Below, one piece after another: positions 9,963 to 20,188 of a stretch of 64,000 nt of DNA. The DNA is from an uncultured Microbacterium sp. (GTDB lineage: Bacteria > Actinomycetota > Actinomycetes > Actinomycetales > Microbacteriaceae). Where the stretch lies: NCBI RefSeq assembly GCF_913774665.1, contig NZ_CAJYHN010000008.1; one strand, written 5' to 3'. A program made the position numbers and the translations under genes. Position 1 is the first letter of the stretch. Every line of letters starts with the position of its first letter. Below the pieces are notes generated by a model, which saw only the letters and a list, made by a program, of their open reading frames with translations, was not told where the DNA came from and did not search any database.

Positions 9963-10435
9963 TGGCCGGCAGTGGAGCACCCGAGACCGGCGGTATCGAC
10001 GCCTCCGGACTGAACGTCGTCGTCATCGCCGGCACCTGGCACGAGGTGATCACCGACGGTCTCATCGCCGGGGCGAAGCGCGTGCTCGACGCCACCGGCG
10101 CGACCTCCCGCGTCGTGCGCGTGCCGGGCTCGTTCGAGCTGCCCGTCGCCGCGCGCGCGGCGTTCGAGGGAGGGGCGGATGCCGTGGTCGCGCTGGGCGT
10201 GATCATCCGGGGCGGGACGCCGCACTTCGAGTTCGTCTCGTCGGCGGCCACCGACGGCCTGACCCGCGTGGCCCTCGACGCCGGCAAGCCGGTCGGCTTC
10301 GGCGTGCTCACGCTGGATGACGAGCAGCAGGGCCTCGACCGCGCAGGCCTCGAAGGTTCGAAGGAGGACAAGGGCGGGGAGGCCGCGGATGCCGCGATCC
10401 GCACCGCCCTCGTGCTACGCGAGCTGCGCGGCTGA
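9962..10435 (+). CDS. ribH: 6,7-dimethyl-8-ribityllumazine synthase
   Basis: VVIAGTWHEVITDGL...VPGSFELP...GVIIRGGTPHFEFV motifs. ATGA overlap with ribBA. Confidence 0.95.
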   Translation: MAGSGAPETGGIDASGLNVVVIAGTWHEVITDGLIAGAKRVLDATGATSRVVRVPGSFELPVAARAAFEGGADAVVALGVIIRGGTPHFEFVSSAATDGLTRVALDAGKPVGFGVLTLDDEQQGLDRAGLEGSKEDKGGEAADAAIRTALVLRELRG

Positions 10436-10446
10436 CGCTTCGACTC

Positions 10447-10483
10447 AACGGGCTCGGTGACCTCTGCGGTCGCCGAGCCCGTT
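10447..10483 (+). terminator. Hairpin downstream of the rib operon
   Basis: AACGGGCTCGG (10447-10457) pairs with CCGAGCCCGTT (10473-10483). There is no clear U-tract. Confidence 0.45.
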
Positions 10484-10620
10484 CTCGTCGGCGGGACGGG
10501 CGGAGGTGGGTGAGCCGGTCGAAGCCACCGGTCACACGGGTCCCCAGGGGGGCTCAGGGAAAAGCACGGTGAGGCCCGCCTTGCTGGCGGTCGGCACCCG
10601 GCATCCCTACCCTGACCGGT

Positions 10621-10974
10621 ATGGAGATCCTGCGCAGCGTCGTCGTCCTCGTCCACCTCGTCGGTTTCGCCATCCTCTTCGGCGCGTGGGTCGTCGAGGC
10701 CGTCAGCCGCCGGGCACGCGTCACCTCGTTGATGAACTACGCCCTCCTCATCTCCCTGGTCACGGGTCTGGCGCTCTCGGCGCCGTGGGGCCTCGACCAC
10801 GACCTCAACTACGCCAAGATCGGCATCAAGCTGGTCGTGCTGATCATCATCGGTGCGCTGCTCGGCATCGGTTCGGCCCGGCAGAAGCGCAACGGATCGC
10901 TGTCACCGGCGATCTTCTGGCCGATCGGCATCCTGGCTCTGCTCAACGCCGGTCTCGCAGTGATCTGGCACTGA
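10621..10974 (+). CDS. Small integral membrane protein (4 predicted TM), unknown function
   Basis: 117-aa ORF with four hydrophobic segments and coding-like GC3. No family recognised. Confidence 0.6.
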   Translation: MEILRSVVVLVHLVGFAILFGAWVVEAVSRRARVTSLMNYALLISLVTGLALSAPWGLDHDLNYAKIGIKLVVLIIIGALLGIGSARQKRNGSLSPAIFWPIGILALLNAGLAVIWH

Positions 10975-11153
10975 CGACGCCGCCCGTCGGCATCCACTCA
11001 GCGCGCGCATAGACTGGAGGGTCTAGCGCCCCTCACTCGGGGACGTTTCCGGTGCTCCCTCGCGCACCCGTTCACACACACCCCCGTGATCGCGGCGCGC
11101 CACCGCTGCGCCCCACCCCGGACGCGATTGATCGACCTTCTCGTCAGGCAGTC

Positions 11154-12605
11154 ATGACCACCTCCTCCCCCTCCACCCGATCCGCTGCGGCCCCCGCGAA
11201 CCCCCGTTCGCGCGTCATCACCGCGAGCCTCATCGGCACCACGATCGAGTTCTACGACTTCTACGCGTACGCCACCGCGGCAGTCCTCGTCTTCCCGATC
11301 CTCTTCTTCCCGACCGGCAACGAGACCACCTCGCTGCTGTTGTCGTTCAGCGTCTTCGGCGCTGCGATGGTCGCGCGACCCCTCGGCGCCGTCGTCTTCG
11401 GCCACTTCGGCGACCGCTTCGGGCGCAAAGCGACCCTCGTGGCATCCCTTCTCACGATGGGTGTCGCGACCTTCCTCATCGGCTGCCTCCCGACCTTCAA
11501 CGAGATCGGCGTCTGGGCCGCGGTGCTGCTGCTGATCCTGCGCCTCGCGCAGGGCTTCGCCCTCGGCGGCGAGTGGTCGGGCGCCGCGCTGGTCGCCACC
11601 GAGAACGCTCCGAAGGGCAAGCGCGCCCTGTTCGGCACGTTCCCCCAGCTGGGCGCGCCCATCGGCTTCATCATCGCCAACGGCATCTTCTTGTTCATCA
11701 ACTTCGCGCTGCCGCACCCGGACGGGACGGCGCAGCGCTCGGCGGAGTTCCTCGCCTGGGGCTGGCGCGTGCCGTTCCTGTTCTCGGCCGTGATGGTCAT
11801 CGTGGGCCTGTGGGTGCGCCTCAAGCTCGTCGAGAGCGAGTCGTTCGCGAAGGCCGAGAAGAGCGGCGTGATCCGCAAGTTCCCGCTCGGCGAGGTCATC
11901 CGCCGCAATTGGAAGCAGCTGATCCTCGGCACGTTCATCATGCTGGCGACCTACGTGCTCTTCTACCTCATGACGAGCTTCACGCTCTCGTACGGCGCCA
12001 AGGCCACCCTGGAGGGGGCTCAGGCCGCCGCCGAGAAGGCGGGCACGGCATTCAACGCGGCCGAGTACGTGCCGGGCCTGGGCTACGGCTACACCGACTT
12101 CGTGATCATGCAGATCGTCGGTGTGGTGTTCTTCGGCATCTTCACGATGCTGTCGGGCCCCATCGCCGACCGGATCGGCCGCAAGCGTCTGCTCATCGGC
12201 GTCACCGCCGCGATCATCGTCTTCGGTCTGACGTTCTCGTTCTTCCTGGTGCCGCACGCCGACCCGGGCGTCACGCGCATCCTGGTGCAGTCGTTCCTCA
12301 TCCTCGGGTTCCTGCTCATGGGAGCGACCTTCGGACCGATGGGCGCGGTGCTGCCGGAGCTCTTCCCGACCAACGTGCGCTACACGGGGTCGGCGATCTC
12401 GTACAACGTGTCGTCGATCCTCGGAGCGGCCCTCGCCCCGATCGTCGCGGTCGCGCTGTGGGCGGCCGGTGGCGGCAACCCGTGGCTCGTGGGCGTGTAC
12501 CTCTCGGCGATGGGCGTGCTGACCCTGATCGCGCTCATCCTCTCGCCCGAGACGAAGGACGTCGACTACGACGAGAACATCGCCGCGGGGGCGACCGCGC
12601 CGTAA
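11154..12605 (+). CDS. MFS transporter, metabolite:H+ symporter (MHS) family
   Basis: IGTTIEFYDFYAYATAA, GHFGDRFGRK and LRLAQGFALGGEWSGA motifs match ProP/KgtP/ShiA-type permeases. ATG at 11154 is chosen inside listed ORF 11052..12605. Confidence 0.85.
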   Translation: MTTSSPSTRSAAAPANPRSRVITASLIGTTIEFYDFYAYATAAVLVFPILFFPTGNETTSLLLSFSVFGAAMVARPLGAVVFGHFGDRFGRKATLVASLLTMGVATFLIGCLPTFNEIGVWAAVLLLILRLAQGFALGGEWSGAALVATENAPKGKRALFGTFPQLGAPIGFIIANGIFLFINFALPHPDGTAQRSAEFLAWGWRVPFLFSAVMVIVGLWVRLKLVESESFAKAEKSGVIRKFPLGEVIRRNWKQLILGTFIMLATYVLFYLMTSFTLSYGAKATLEGAQAAAEKAGTAFNAAEYVPGLGYGYTDFVIMQIVGVVFFGIFTMLSGPIADRIGRKRLLIGVTAAIIVFGLTFSFFLVPHADPGVTRILVQSFLILGFLLMGATFGPMGAVLPELFPTNVRYTGSAISYNVSSILGAALAPIVAVALWAAGGGNPWLVGVYLSAMGVLTLIALILSPETKDVDYDENIAAGATAP

Positions 12606-12849
12606 CGCGTCCGTTCTCGAGACCGGATGCCACGGGGCCCAGGCCTCGTGGCATCCGTCGTCCATGCCGAGGGCGATCGAGCGAGCGGGCGGCGATCCGG
12701 AAAATCCGAGCGTTCGGGGCGCCGGAGTCCCGGATCGACAGGCGACGGGGCAATTTCTCCGGAGTTTCGCACGCCGTCGAACGGACCGGCCGGCGGTGTC
12801 GGTGGCCCGGGGTACGGTCGAAGCACCCCATTTTCTTCCCGAGGTGAGC

Positions 12850-14718
12850 ATGTCGTTTCCCGCTCCCGCGCGTGGTCGGCGCGGCCGCCGCGCGCCCGAA
12901 GGCCCGCGCGCGTCGTTCCGTCAGCTGGTCCCCTTCCTGCTCGAGCACAAGCGCACGCTCGCCGTGGTCGCGGTGCTCAGCGTGCTGGGCGCCGCCGCCA
13001 CGCTCGCGCAGCCGCTCCTCGTGGGCGAGGTCATCTCGCGCGTGCAGAACGCGGTCCCCCTCGGCGCCCTGGTCTGGCTGCTCGTCGCCTTCGTCGTGTT
13101 GTCGTCGGTCATCTCCGGCTTCCAGCACTACCTGCTGCAGCGCACGGGCACGGCGGTGGTGTACTCGTCGCGACGCCGCCTGATCGCGCGGATCCTGCGA
13201 TTGCCGGTCAGTGAATTCGACGCGCGGCGCACCGGCGACCTCGTCTCGCGCGTGGGCACCGACACCACGCTGCTCTACGCCGTCCTCACGCAGGGATTCG
13301 CGGATGCCGTCGGCAACGCCCTCATCCTCCTCGGCGCCGTGATCGCGATGGCCTTCATCGACCCCCTTCTGCTGGGGCTGATCGTCGTGGTCGTGGGCGC
13401 CTCCCTCGCGCTCGTCGTCCTGCTCAGCACCCGCATCCGTGCGGCATCCGCCGATCAGCAGGCCAAGGTCGGCGAGCTGTCGTCGGGCGTCGAGCGGGCG
13501 GTGGGTTCGATCCGCACGATCCGCGCCGCGGGCGCGACCGAGCGCGAGATCGCCGCCGTGACCGAGAACGCCACCGCGGCCTACGCCGCCGGGGTCCGCA
13601 TCGCGCGGGTCTCCGCGCTCATCGTCCCGGTCGCGTTCGTGGCCCTGCAGGTGTCCTTGCTCGTGGTGCTGGGCGTCGGCGGATACCGCGTGGCATCCGG
13701 GGCCATCGACGTCGCCTCGCTGGTGACGTTCGTGATCTTCCTCTTCCTGCTCGTCCAACCCCTCGCCTCGGCCATCGGGGCGATCACGTCGGTGAATCAG
13801 GCGCTCGGCGCGCTCGGACGCATCCAGGAAGTACTCGACCTCCCCCTCGAAGACGACGGCGACCGGCCCACAGGGTCGGCGGCGATCCCGGATGCCGCGG
13901 CGATCGTGTTTCAAGATGTGCGCTTCCGCTACCCCGAGCACGTCGTCAAGGCGCGCGAAGCGGCGGCCGCGGAGGCGCGATCGGTGCTCGCCGGGGCGCA
14001 CCTCGATGCGACCGATCCGACGCCCGCCGAGACCGACCACGAGGTGCTGCGCGGAGTGTCGTTCGCCGTGCCGCGCGGTGCGCGGGTCGCCCTCGTCGGA
14101 CCGTCCGGGGCGGGGAAGAGCACGATCCTCTCGCTCGTCGAGCGGTTCTACGACCCGACCGCGGGAGCGATCCTCGTCGACGGCGTCGACGCGCGCGACC
14201 TCTCCCGCGACGACCTGCGCGCGCGCTTCGGCTACGTCGAACAGGACGCTCCCACCCTCGCCGGCACGATCGCCGACAACCTGCGACTGGCCTCGCCCGA
14301 TGCCTCCGACGCCGACTGCGAGCGCGTGCTGCGCGAAGTGAACCTCGGCGACGTGCTCGAGCGCAACCCGCTCGGCGTCGATGCCCCGGTCGGCGAAGAC
14401 GGCGTGATGCTCTCGGGCGGGGAGCGTCAGCGTCTCGCGATCGCGCGGGCGCTGCTGGCCGCGCCTCCCGTGCTGCTGCTCGACGAGTCGACCTCGTCGC
14501 TCGACGGGGTGAACGAACAGCGCATGCGCGAGGCCATCGACGCCGTGGCGACCGGTCGGACGCTCCTCGTCATCGCGCACCGCCTGTCGACCGTCGTCGA
14601 CAGCGACCTGATCGTCGTGCTCGAGAACGGCCGCGTCGTCGGCCAGGGCACGCACAGTGAGCTCGTGGCATCCACCCCGCTCTATCGCGACCTCGCGAAG
14701 CATCAGCTGCTGGTGTAG
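12850..14718 (+). CDS. ABC exporter, fused permease/ATPase (MsbA-like type I exporter)
   Basis: Six-TM N-terminal domain. Walker A GPSGAGKST, signature LSGGERQR and Walker B LLLDEST are present. Confidence 0.9.
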   Translation: MSFPAPARGRRGRRAPEGPRASFRQLVPFLLEHKRTLAVVAVLSVLGAAATLAQPLLVGEVISRVQNAVPLGALVWLLVAFVVLSSVISGFQHYLLQRTGTAVVYSSRRRLIARILRLPVSEFDARRTGDLVSRVGTDTTLLYAVLTQGFADAVGNALILLGAVIAMAFIDPLLLGLIVVVVGASLALVVLLSTRIRAASADQQAKVGELSSGVERAVGSIRTIRAAGATEREIAAVTENATAAYAAGVRIARVSALIVPVAFVALQVSLLVVLGVGGYRVASGAIDVASLVTFVIFLFLLVQPLASAIGAITSVNQALGALGRIQEVLDLPLEDDGDRPTGSAAIPDAAAIVFQDVRFRYPEHVVKAREAAAAEARSVLAGAHLDATDPTPAETDHEVLRGVSFAVPRGARVALVGPSGAGKSTILSLVERFYDPTAGAILVDGVDARDLSRDDLRARFGYVEQDAPTLAGTIADNLRLASPDASDADCERVLREVNLGDVLERNPLGVDAPVGEDGVMLSGGERQRLAIARALLAAPPVLLLDESTSSLDGVNEQRMREAIDAVATGRTLLVIAHRLSTVVDSDLIVVLENGRVVGQGTHSELVASTPLYRDLAKHQLLV

Positions 14719-14974
14719 CTCCGGGCTCGTCGCCTGCCGCGTCCGCGCGCGGCACGCGTCCCGTGCCGACGCCGTGCGCTGCCGGCGCGCGCGCCGCACG
14801 GAACCGCATCCGGCTGAGATCTCGACTGCAGAGCGACGCCGAGTCGGCGGAGGGATCCAGCCTCGCGGTCGCCCTCCCCGGAACGCACCGACGCCCCTCC
14901 CGCGCGCCAAGAACGGGAGTGGCATCGACTCCAGGGCTCGCCCCGCGGCGCGACACGGCGCGGGGGGGCCGGTC

Positions 14975-16888
14975 TCAGGCGCGCTGCAGGCGGTAGCGCA
15001 GCGACGCGAGCTCGGCGCGCAGGGCGGCCGGCAGGTGCGAACCGAAGGTGTCGTAGAACTCCTCCGTGAGGTCGGCCTCGGCGAGCCACGAGTCGCGGTC
15101 GATCGAGAAGAGCTCGTCGAGGTCGGCGGCGGGCAGGTCCAGGCCGGTGAGCTCGAGGTCCTCGACGCGCGGCAGACGCCCGATGGGGCTGTCGACGGCG
15201 TCGACCTGACCGTCGACGCGACGGATGATCCAGTCGATCACGCGGGCGTTGTCGCCGAAACCGGGCCACAGGAAGCGGCCGTCGTCGCCCTTGCGGAACC
15301 AGTTGACCTGGAAGATGCGGGGCGCGCGGTCGAAGCGCAGCTTCTCGCCGACCTTCAGCCAGTGACCGAAGTAGTCGCCCATGTTGTAGCCGCAGAACGG
15401 GAGCATCGCGAAGGGATCGCGACGCAGCTCGCCGACCGTGCCCTCCTGCGCCGCCGTTTTCTCGCTCGACACGGTCGAGCCGAGGAAGACGCCGTGAGAC
15501 CAGTCGGTGGCCTCGACCACGAGCGGGACGTTGGTGGCGCGGCGGCCGCCGAACAGGATGACGTCGAGCGGAACCCCCTCGGGGGCCTCCCAGTCCTCCG
15601 CGATCTGCGGGCACTGCGCGGCGCCGACCGTGAAACGCGAGTTGGGGTGGGCGGCGGGGCGGCCCGACGCGGGCGTCCACGGCTTGCCCTCCCAGTCGAT
15701 GAGGTGCGGGGGCGCCTCGTCGGTCAGCCCTTCCCACCACACGTCGCCGTCGGGGCGGAGCGCGACGTTCGTGAAGATCGTGTTGCCCCACAGCGTCTCG
15801 ATCGCGGTGACGTTGGTCGACTCGCCGGTTCCGGGGGCGACGCCGAAGAAGCCGGCCTCGGGGTTGATCGCCCACAGCCGCCCGTCCTCGCGGGGGCGGA
15901 TCCACGTGATGTCATCGCCGAGGGTCTCGACGCGCCAGCCGGGGATCGTCGGGCGGAGCATCGCCAGGTTGGTCTTGCCGCAGGCCGAGGGGAACGCCGC
16001 GGCGACGTGGTAGGCCTTGCCCTTCGGATCGATCACGCGGATGAGCAGCATGTGCTCGGCGAGCCAGCCCTCGTCACGGCCGATGACCGAGGCGATGCGC
16101 AGCGCGAAGCACTTCTTCGCCAGGATCGCGTTGCCGCCGTAGCCCGAGCCGAACGACCACACCTCGAGGGTGTCGGGGAAGTGCACGATGTACTTCTCGT
16201 CGTTGCACGGCCAGGCGACGTCCTGCTCGCCCGGGGCGAGGGGCGCGCCGACCGAGTGGACCGTCTTGACCCAGGGCGCTCCGTGGGCGATCTGCTGCAT
16301 GACCGAGGTGCCCACGCGGGTCATCACGCCGATGGATGCCACGGCGTAGGCGCTGTCGGTGATCTGCACACCGATGTGGCTCAGGGGCCCGCCGACCGCG
16401 CCCATCGAGAACGGCACGACGTACAGGGTGCGACCGCGCATCGAGCCCGCGAAGACGCCGTTCAGCGTCTCGCGGATCTCGGCCGGAGCGATCCAGTTGT
16501 TCGTCGGTCCCGCGTCCTCCTCGCGCTCGGAGGCGATGTAGGTGCGCGACTCCAGACGGGCGACGTCGCCGGGGTGGGAGCGGGCGAGGTAGGAGCCGGG
16601 ACGCCACTCCGGGTTGAGCTTGATGAGCTTGCCCTCGTCGACCATCTCGCGCAGCAGCGCGTCGTTCTCGGCGACCGAGCCGTCGACCCAGTGGATGCGG
16701 TCGGGCTGCGTGAGGGCGGCGACCTGGTCGACCCAGGCGGTGAGGGCGGCGAGGCCGGGGCCCTCGACGGCCGAACGCACCCCGTAACCCGGGCGGGCGG
16801 GGGCGGCAGCGGCGCGGCCCAGGGGACGGTCGGTGGATGCCGCGGACGCGCGGCCACCGCGGGGGGCGAAGATGTCGGCGAGTGCCAT
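14975..16888 (-). CDS. pckG: Phosphoenolpyruvate carboxykinase (GTP)
   Basis: About 637 aa with GTP-PEPCK hallmarks ([34 protein letters not shown]-like, DWxGxxW). ATG at 16888 (MALADIF). Confidence 0.92.
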   Translation of the reverse strand: MALADIFAPRGGRASAASTDRPLGRAAAAPARPGYGVRSAVEGPGLAALTAWVDQVAALTQPDRIHWVDGSVAENDALLREMVDEGKLIKLNPEWRPGSYLARSHPGDVARLESRTYIASEREEDAGPTNNWIAPAEIRETLNGVFAGSMRGRTLYVVPFSMGAVGGPLSHIGVQITDSAYAVASIGVMTRVGTSVMQQIAHGAPWVKTVHSVGAPLAPGEQDVAWPCNDEKYIVHFPDTLEVWSFGSGYGGNAILAKKCFALRIASVIGRDEGWLAEHMLLIRVIDPKGKAYHVAAAFPSACGKTNLAMLRPTIPGWRVETLGDDITWIRPREDGRLWAINPEAGFFGVAPGTGESTNVTAIETLWGNTIFTNVALRPDGDVWWEGLTDEAPPHLIDWEGKPWTPASGRPAAHPNSRFTVGAAQCPQIAEDWEAPEGVPLDVILFGGRRATNVPLVVEATDWSHGVFLGSTVSSEKTAAQEGTVGELRRDPFAMLPFCGYNMGDYFGHWLKVGEKLRFDRAPRIFQVNWFRKGDDGRFLWPGFGDNARVIDWIIRRVDGQVDAVDSPIGRLPRVEDLELTGLDLPAADLDELFSIDRDSWLAEADLTEEFYDTFGSHLPAALRAELASLRYRLQRA

Positions 16889-17006
16889 GTCGTTCTCCTC
16901 GGTTGGGAGCGAATTCGGTCTAGTTCCACCATCTTGGGCGCCCACAACCCCCTCTTTCGACGGAATCTGACTGTAAGAATCGCGAATCTTTCGCTATCGT
17001 CAAGGA

Positions 17007-18446
17007 ATGGCTTCGACGTTCGAACTCGCGACCCTGGGGCATCGCATCCGTCATCACCGTTTGGCGCGTGGTCTGACGCTCGATGAGCTGGGAGCCCTGG
17101 TCGGTGTCGCGGGAAGCCAGTTGAGCCTCATCGAGAACGGCAAGCGAGAGCCCAAACTGTCACTCCTGCAGGAGATCGCGCGGGCGACCGAGACCGAGGT
17201 GACCGAGCTCCTCTCGCGGGAACCCCCGAACCGCCGCGCGGCCTTGGAGATCGAGCTCGAGCGCGCCCAGACCAGTCCGTTCTTCCGCCAGCTCGGCATC
17301 CCGCCGGTGAAGGTGACCAAGGGGACGAGCGACGACACGATCGAGGCCGTCCTGGGGTTGCACCGCGAATTGCAGCGCCGCGAGCGCGAGACGATCGCGA
17401 GTCCCGAAGAGGCCCGGCGCGCCAACACCGAGTTGCGCTTGCGCATGCGCGAGACCGGGAACCACCTCCCCGAGATCGAACGCCTGGCCGAGAAGCAGCT
17501 CAAGGCGGCGGGGCACAGCACCGGGGCCCTCACCCACCGCACGGTCAGCATCATGGCCGAGCAGTTGGGGTTCGAGCTGATCTACGTGAGCGACCTGCCT
17601 CACTCGGCGCGCTCGGTGACCGACCTCGAGAACGGGCGGATCTACCTGCCCCCGGCCTCGATCCCGGGCGGCCACGGACTGCGGTCGATGGCCCTGCAGG
17701 CCATGGCGCACCGCCTGCTCGGTCACCGCCCGCCCACCGATTACGCCGACTTCCTGCAGCAGCGGCTCGAGATCAACTACTACGCCGCGTGCTGCCTCAT
17801 GCCCGAGACGTCGGCGGTGGCCTTCCTGACGCAGGCGAAGAAAGACCGCAACCTCGCGGTCGAGGACTTCCGCGACGCGTTCGGAGTGACCCACGAGGCC
17901 GCGGCCATGCGGATGACGAACCTCATGACGACGCATCTCGGCATCCATCTGCACTTCTTGCGCGTCGACGGCGACGGCGCGATCTCACGCGTCTACGAGA
18001 ACGACGGCCTTCCCCTGCCCACCGACGTGACGGGGAGCGTCGAAGGACAGGTGGTCTGCAAGAAGTTCTCGGCGCGGTCCGCTTTCGCCGAGCACAACCG
18101 CACCACCGAGCACTACCAGTACACCGACACCCCCGCGGGCACATTCTGGTGCTCGACGCAGACCGGCACAACGCGCGAGGGCGACTTCTCGATCACGGTC
18201 GGCGTGCCGTTCGACGACGCGCGCTGGTTCCGTGGGCGCGAGACCTCGAAGCGGGGCATCTCGCACTGCCCCGACGAGTCGTGCTGCCGCCGCCCCGACA
18301 CCGAAGCCGCGCAGCGCTGGCAGGGCAAGGCGTGGCCGAGCGCGCGCGTTCACCGGCACATGTTTTCACCGCTCCCGCGGGGCATGTTCCCGGGTGTCGA
18401 CGACGCCGAGGTTTTCGCCTTCCTCGACCGCCACGCCGGCGACTGA
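17007..18446 (+). CDS. XRE-family HTH regulator with DUF2083/ImmA-like C-terminal region (RamB/PrpR-like)
   Basis: N-terminal HTH LTLDELGALVGVAGSQLSLIENGKREP. The long C-terminal domain with a cysteine cluster (CPDESCCRRP) is typical of short-chain fatty acyl-CoA regulators. Divergent from pckG. Confidence 0.8.
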   Translation: MASTFELATLGHRIRHHRLARGLTLDELGALVGVAGSQLSLIENGKREPKLSLLQEIARATETEVTELLSREPPNRRAALEIELERAQTSPFFRQLGIPPVKVTKGTSDDTIEAVLGLHRELQRRERETIASPEEARRANTELRLRMRETGNHLPEIERLAEKQLKAAGHSTGALTHRTVSIMAEQLGFELIYVSDLPHSARSVTDLENGRIYLPPASIPGGHGLRSMALQAMAHRLLGHRPPTDYADFLQQRLEINYYAACCLMPETSAVAFLTQAKKDRNLAVEDFRDAFGVTHEAAAMRMTNLMTTHLGIHLHFLRVDGDGAISRVYENDGLPLPTDVTGSVEGQVVCKKFSARSAFAEHNRTTEHYQYTDTPAGTFWCSTQTGTTREGDFSITVGVPFDDARWFRGRETSKRGISHCPDESCCRRPDTEAAQRWQGKAWPSARVHRHMFSPLPRGMFPGVDDAEVFAFLDRHAGD

Positions 18447-18809
18447 CCGTCACGCGTCGCTGGGCCCCGTATGCCCGCGCACGAAAAGAGCGGCTCAGGC
18501 GGGTGAATTCTCCACACCCGCCACCCGTTAGACGGAATGCCGCGCATAGCGTGATGCGCGCACATATCGCTAAGAAGCGTCTCATCGGTGTCCCACCGTT
18601 CGGCCGCGTCTTTCGACCTTTCACGCACGTCTCGGCGCGCGAGGGAGAACACGAGAGAGGCGAGTGCATCCGATAGGACCTCGTGTCGTCATCATGCCCG
18701 ACCCGTGAGGGATGCCAGTGCCTCGGCCCCCGTATCGGCAACGGTCGAGCGCCCACGGCCGTCTCTTCGGGAGACCCGATCATCCCCGCCATCACCCGAA
18801 GGACAGCAC

Positions 18810-19448
18810 ATGACGACCCCCACCCTCACCCTGCGCAAGCGCACCGCGCTCGTTGCCGCAGTGGCCCTGCTCGCGATCGGCGCCGGCGGCGTCGCCGTAT
18901 CGGGCGCGTACTTCACGGACCAGAAGTCGATCGAGAGCAACTCCGTGGCAACCAGCACGGTGAAGCTCGGCCCGATCGACGGCTCCGACGGCACGACCAA
19001 GCTCACAGTCACCGATCTTCTTCCTCTCCCCAAAGACGACTCGAAAACCATCGCGGATTCGGCGAAGACGTTCCAGGTCGTCGTCAGTAACACGGGTAAA
19101 GCGACGATCGACTGGGCCGCGGCAATTTTTCTGACCTCTGCCCCCGGAACCAACGACAAGCCCTCCGCGGCCGACGCCCTGTACATCTCGTACAGCACCG
19201 ACGGTAGTACGTGGAGCACCGGCGTCACGCTCGCTTCGCTGCTCTCCTCAAAGCAGAGCGGCCTCTCCGGAACGGACCTGGCGAGTGGCGCGAGCAAGAC
19301 CATCTTCTTTCGCGCGTGGCTCCCGTCGACGACCTCGAACACGTATCAAGGCACCTCGGTCACGTTCACGCTGCGGGTGCGGGCCATTCAGACCGGAACC
19401 GCCGGCGGCATCAACGACGACCTCAACTTCGTGACGCTGGCAAAGTAA
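18810..19448 (+). CDS. TasA/camelysin-like secreted protein with SipW-type signal peptide
   Basis: MTTPTLTLRKRTALVAAVALLAIGAGGVAVSGAYFTDQKSIESNSVATSTVKLG: basic n-region, hydrophobic core, then an AYFTD motif comparable to the AFNDIK of TasA. The rest is a beta-rich Ser/Thr-rich body. SD GAAGGA upstream. Confidence 0.75.
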   Translation: MTTPTLTLRKRTALVAAVALLAIGAGGVAVSGAYFTDQKSIESNSVATSTVKLGPIDGSDGTTKLTVTDLLPLPKDDSKTIADSAKTFQVVVSNTGKATIDWAAAIFLTSAPGTNDKPSAADALYISYSTDGSTWSTGVTLASLLSSKQSGLSGTDLASGASKTIFFRAWLPSTTSNTYQGTSVTFTLRVRAIQTGTAGGINDDLNFVTLAK

Positions 19449-19457
19449 GAGCCCACC

Positions 19458-19500
19458 GATTCCGCCCCCGTTGCTCTTCACACGCGACGGGGGCGGAATC
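19458..19500 (+). terminator. Strong intra-operon hairpin (14-bp stem) between the TasA-like gene and the signal peptidase gene
   Basis: GATTCCGCCCCCGT (19458-19471) pairs with ACGGGGGCGGAATC (19487-19500). 15-nt loop. Confidence 0.6.
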
Positions 19501-19525
19501 TCTGTGCCCCGAGCGAGAATCTCAA

Positions 19526-20188
19526 ATGCCCGAACCTTCCCCTCGAACCCATCGCGTGCTGTCTTCGATCCGGTGGGTGTTGGTGGGGCTACTCCTCGCC
19601 GCGATGCTCGCCCCCGCCGTGTACTCGGCGCTCACGCAGACGCAGTTCGTCTCGATCGAGGGCGCCTCGATGGCACCGACGTACGACATTGGCGATCTCG
19701 TCGTCATGGCCCCGCCGACTCCCTCCGACTTTGCCCCGGGGCACGTCGTCACCGTCCGCTCGTCCGACGGCAGCTTGTACACCCACCGCATCGTCTCGGT
19801 CGACGACCGGCAGGCGACGCTGAAGGGCGATGGGAACACCTCGCCCGACCCACAGCCCATTCCTTTCAACGACGTCGTGGGCGCCGTCGCGGGCCATATC
19901 GGTCAGCCGTGGGCCGCGCCGATGACGCTGCTGCTGCAGTGGCCGGTGCGCATCTTCGTCGCGCTGTTCATCATCGGCCTCGTGGTTCTCCCGCTGGGCA
20001 CCTCTCGCGAGACCGCGCACAACGACGCCTCGCCGCCGGGCGAGATCGATGCCGAACCCGACACTCCCCGCGACCGCATCGATGACGAGGAGGCCCGTTT
20101 CGGCCTCGATGATCTCGAACGGTTCGCTCGCCCGCCCGCCCCAGGTTTTCCCATCAACCCGTCACCCAGCGACCAGGAGCGTTCATGA
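19526..20188 (+). CDS. Signal peptidase I, archaeal/ER type (SipW-like)
   Basis: N-terminal TM, catalytic Ser box SIEGASMAPTYDIGDLVV, His box LYTHRIVSV and LKGDGNTSPD. A second TM is followed by an acidic/Pro-rich tail of about 60 aa. Confidence 0.85.
   Translation: MPEPSPRTHRVLSSIRWVLVGLLLAAMLAPAVYSALTQTQFVSIEGASMAPTYDIGDLVVMAPPTPSDFAPGHVVTVRSSDGSLYTHRIVSVDDRQATLKGDGNTSPDPQPIPFNDVVGAVAGHIGQPWAAPMTLLLQWPVRIFVALFIIGLVVLPLGTSRETAHNDASPPGEIDAEPDTPRDRIDDEEARFGLDDLERFARPPAPGFPINPSPSDQERS

Noticed and set aside
12606-12849. Search for a riboswitch or leader upstream of the 12850 ABC exporter gene
   Set aside because: I recognised no conserved aptamer-like motif, notable hairpin or sORF with an SD.
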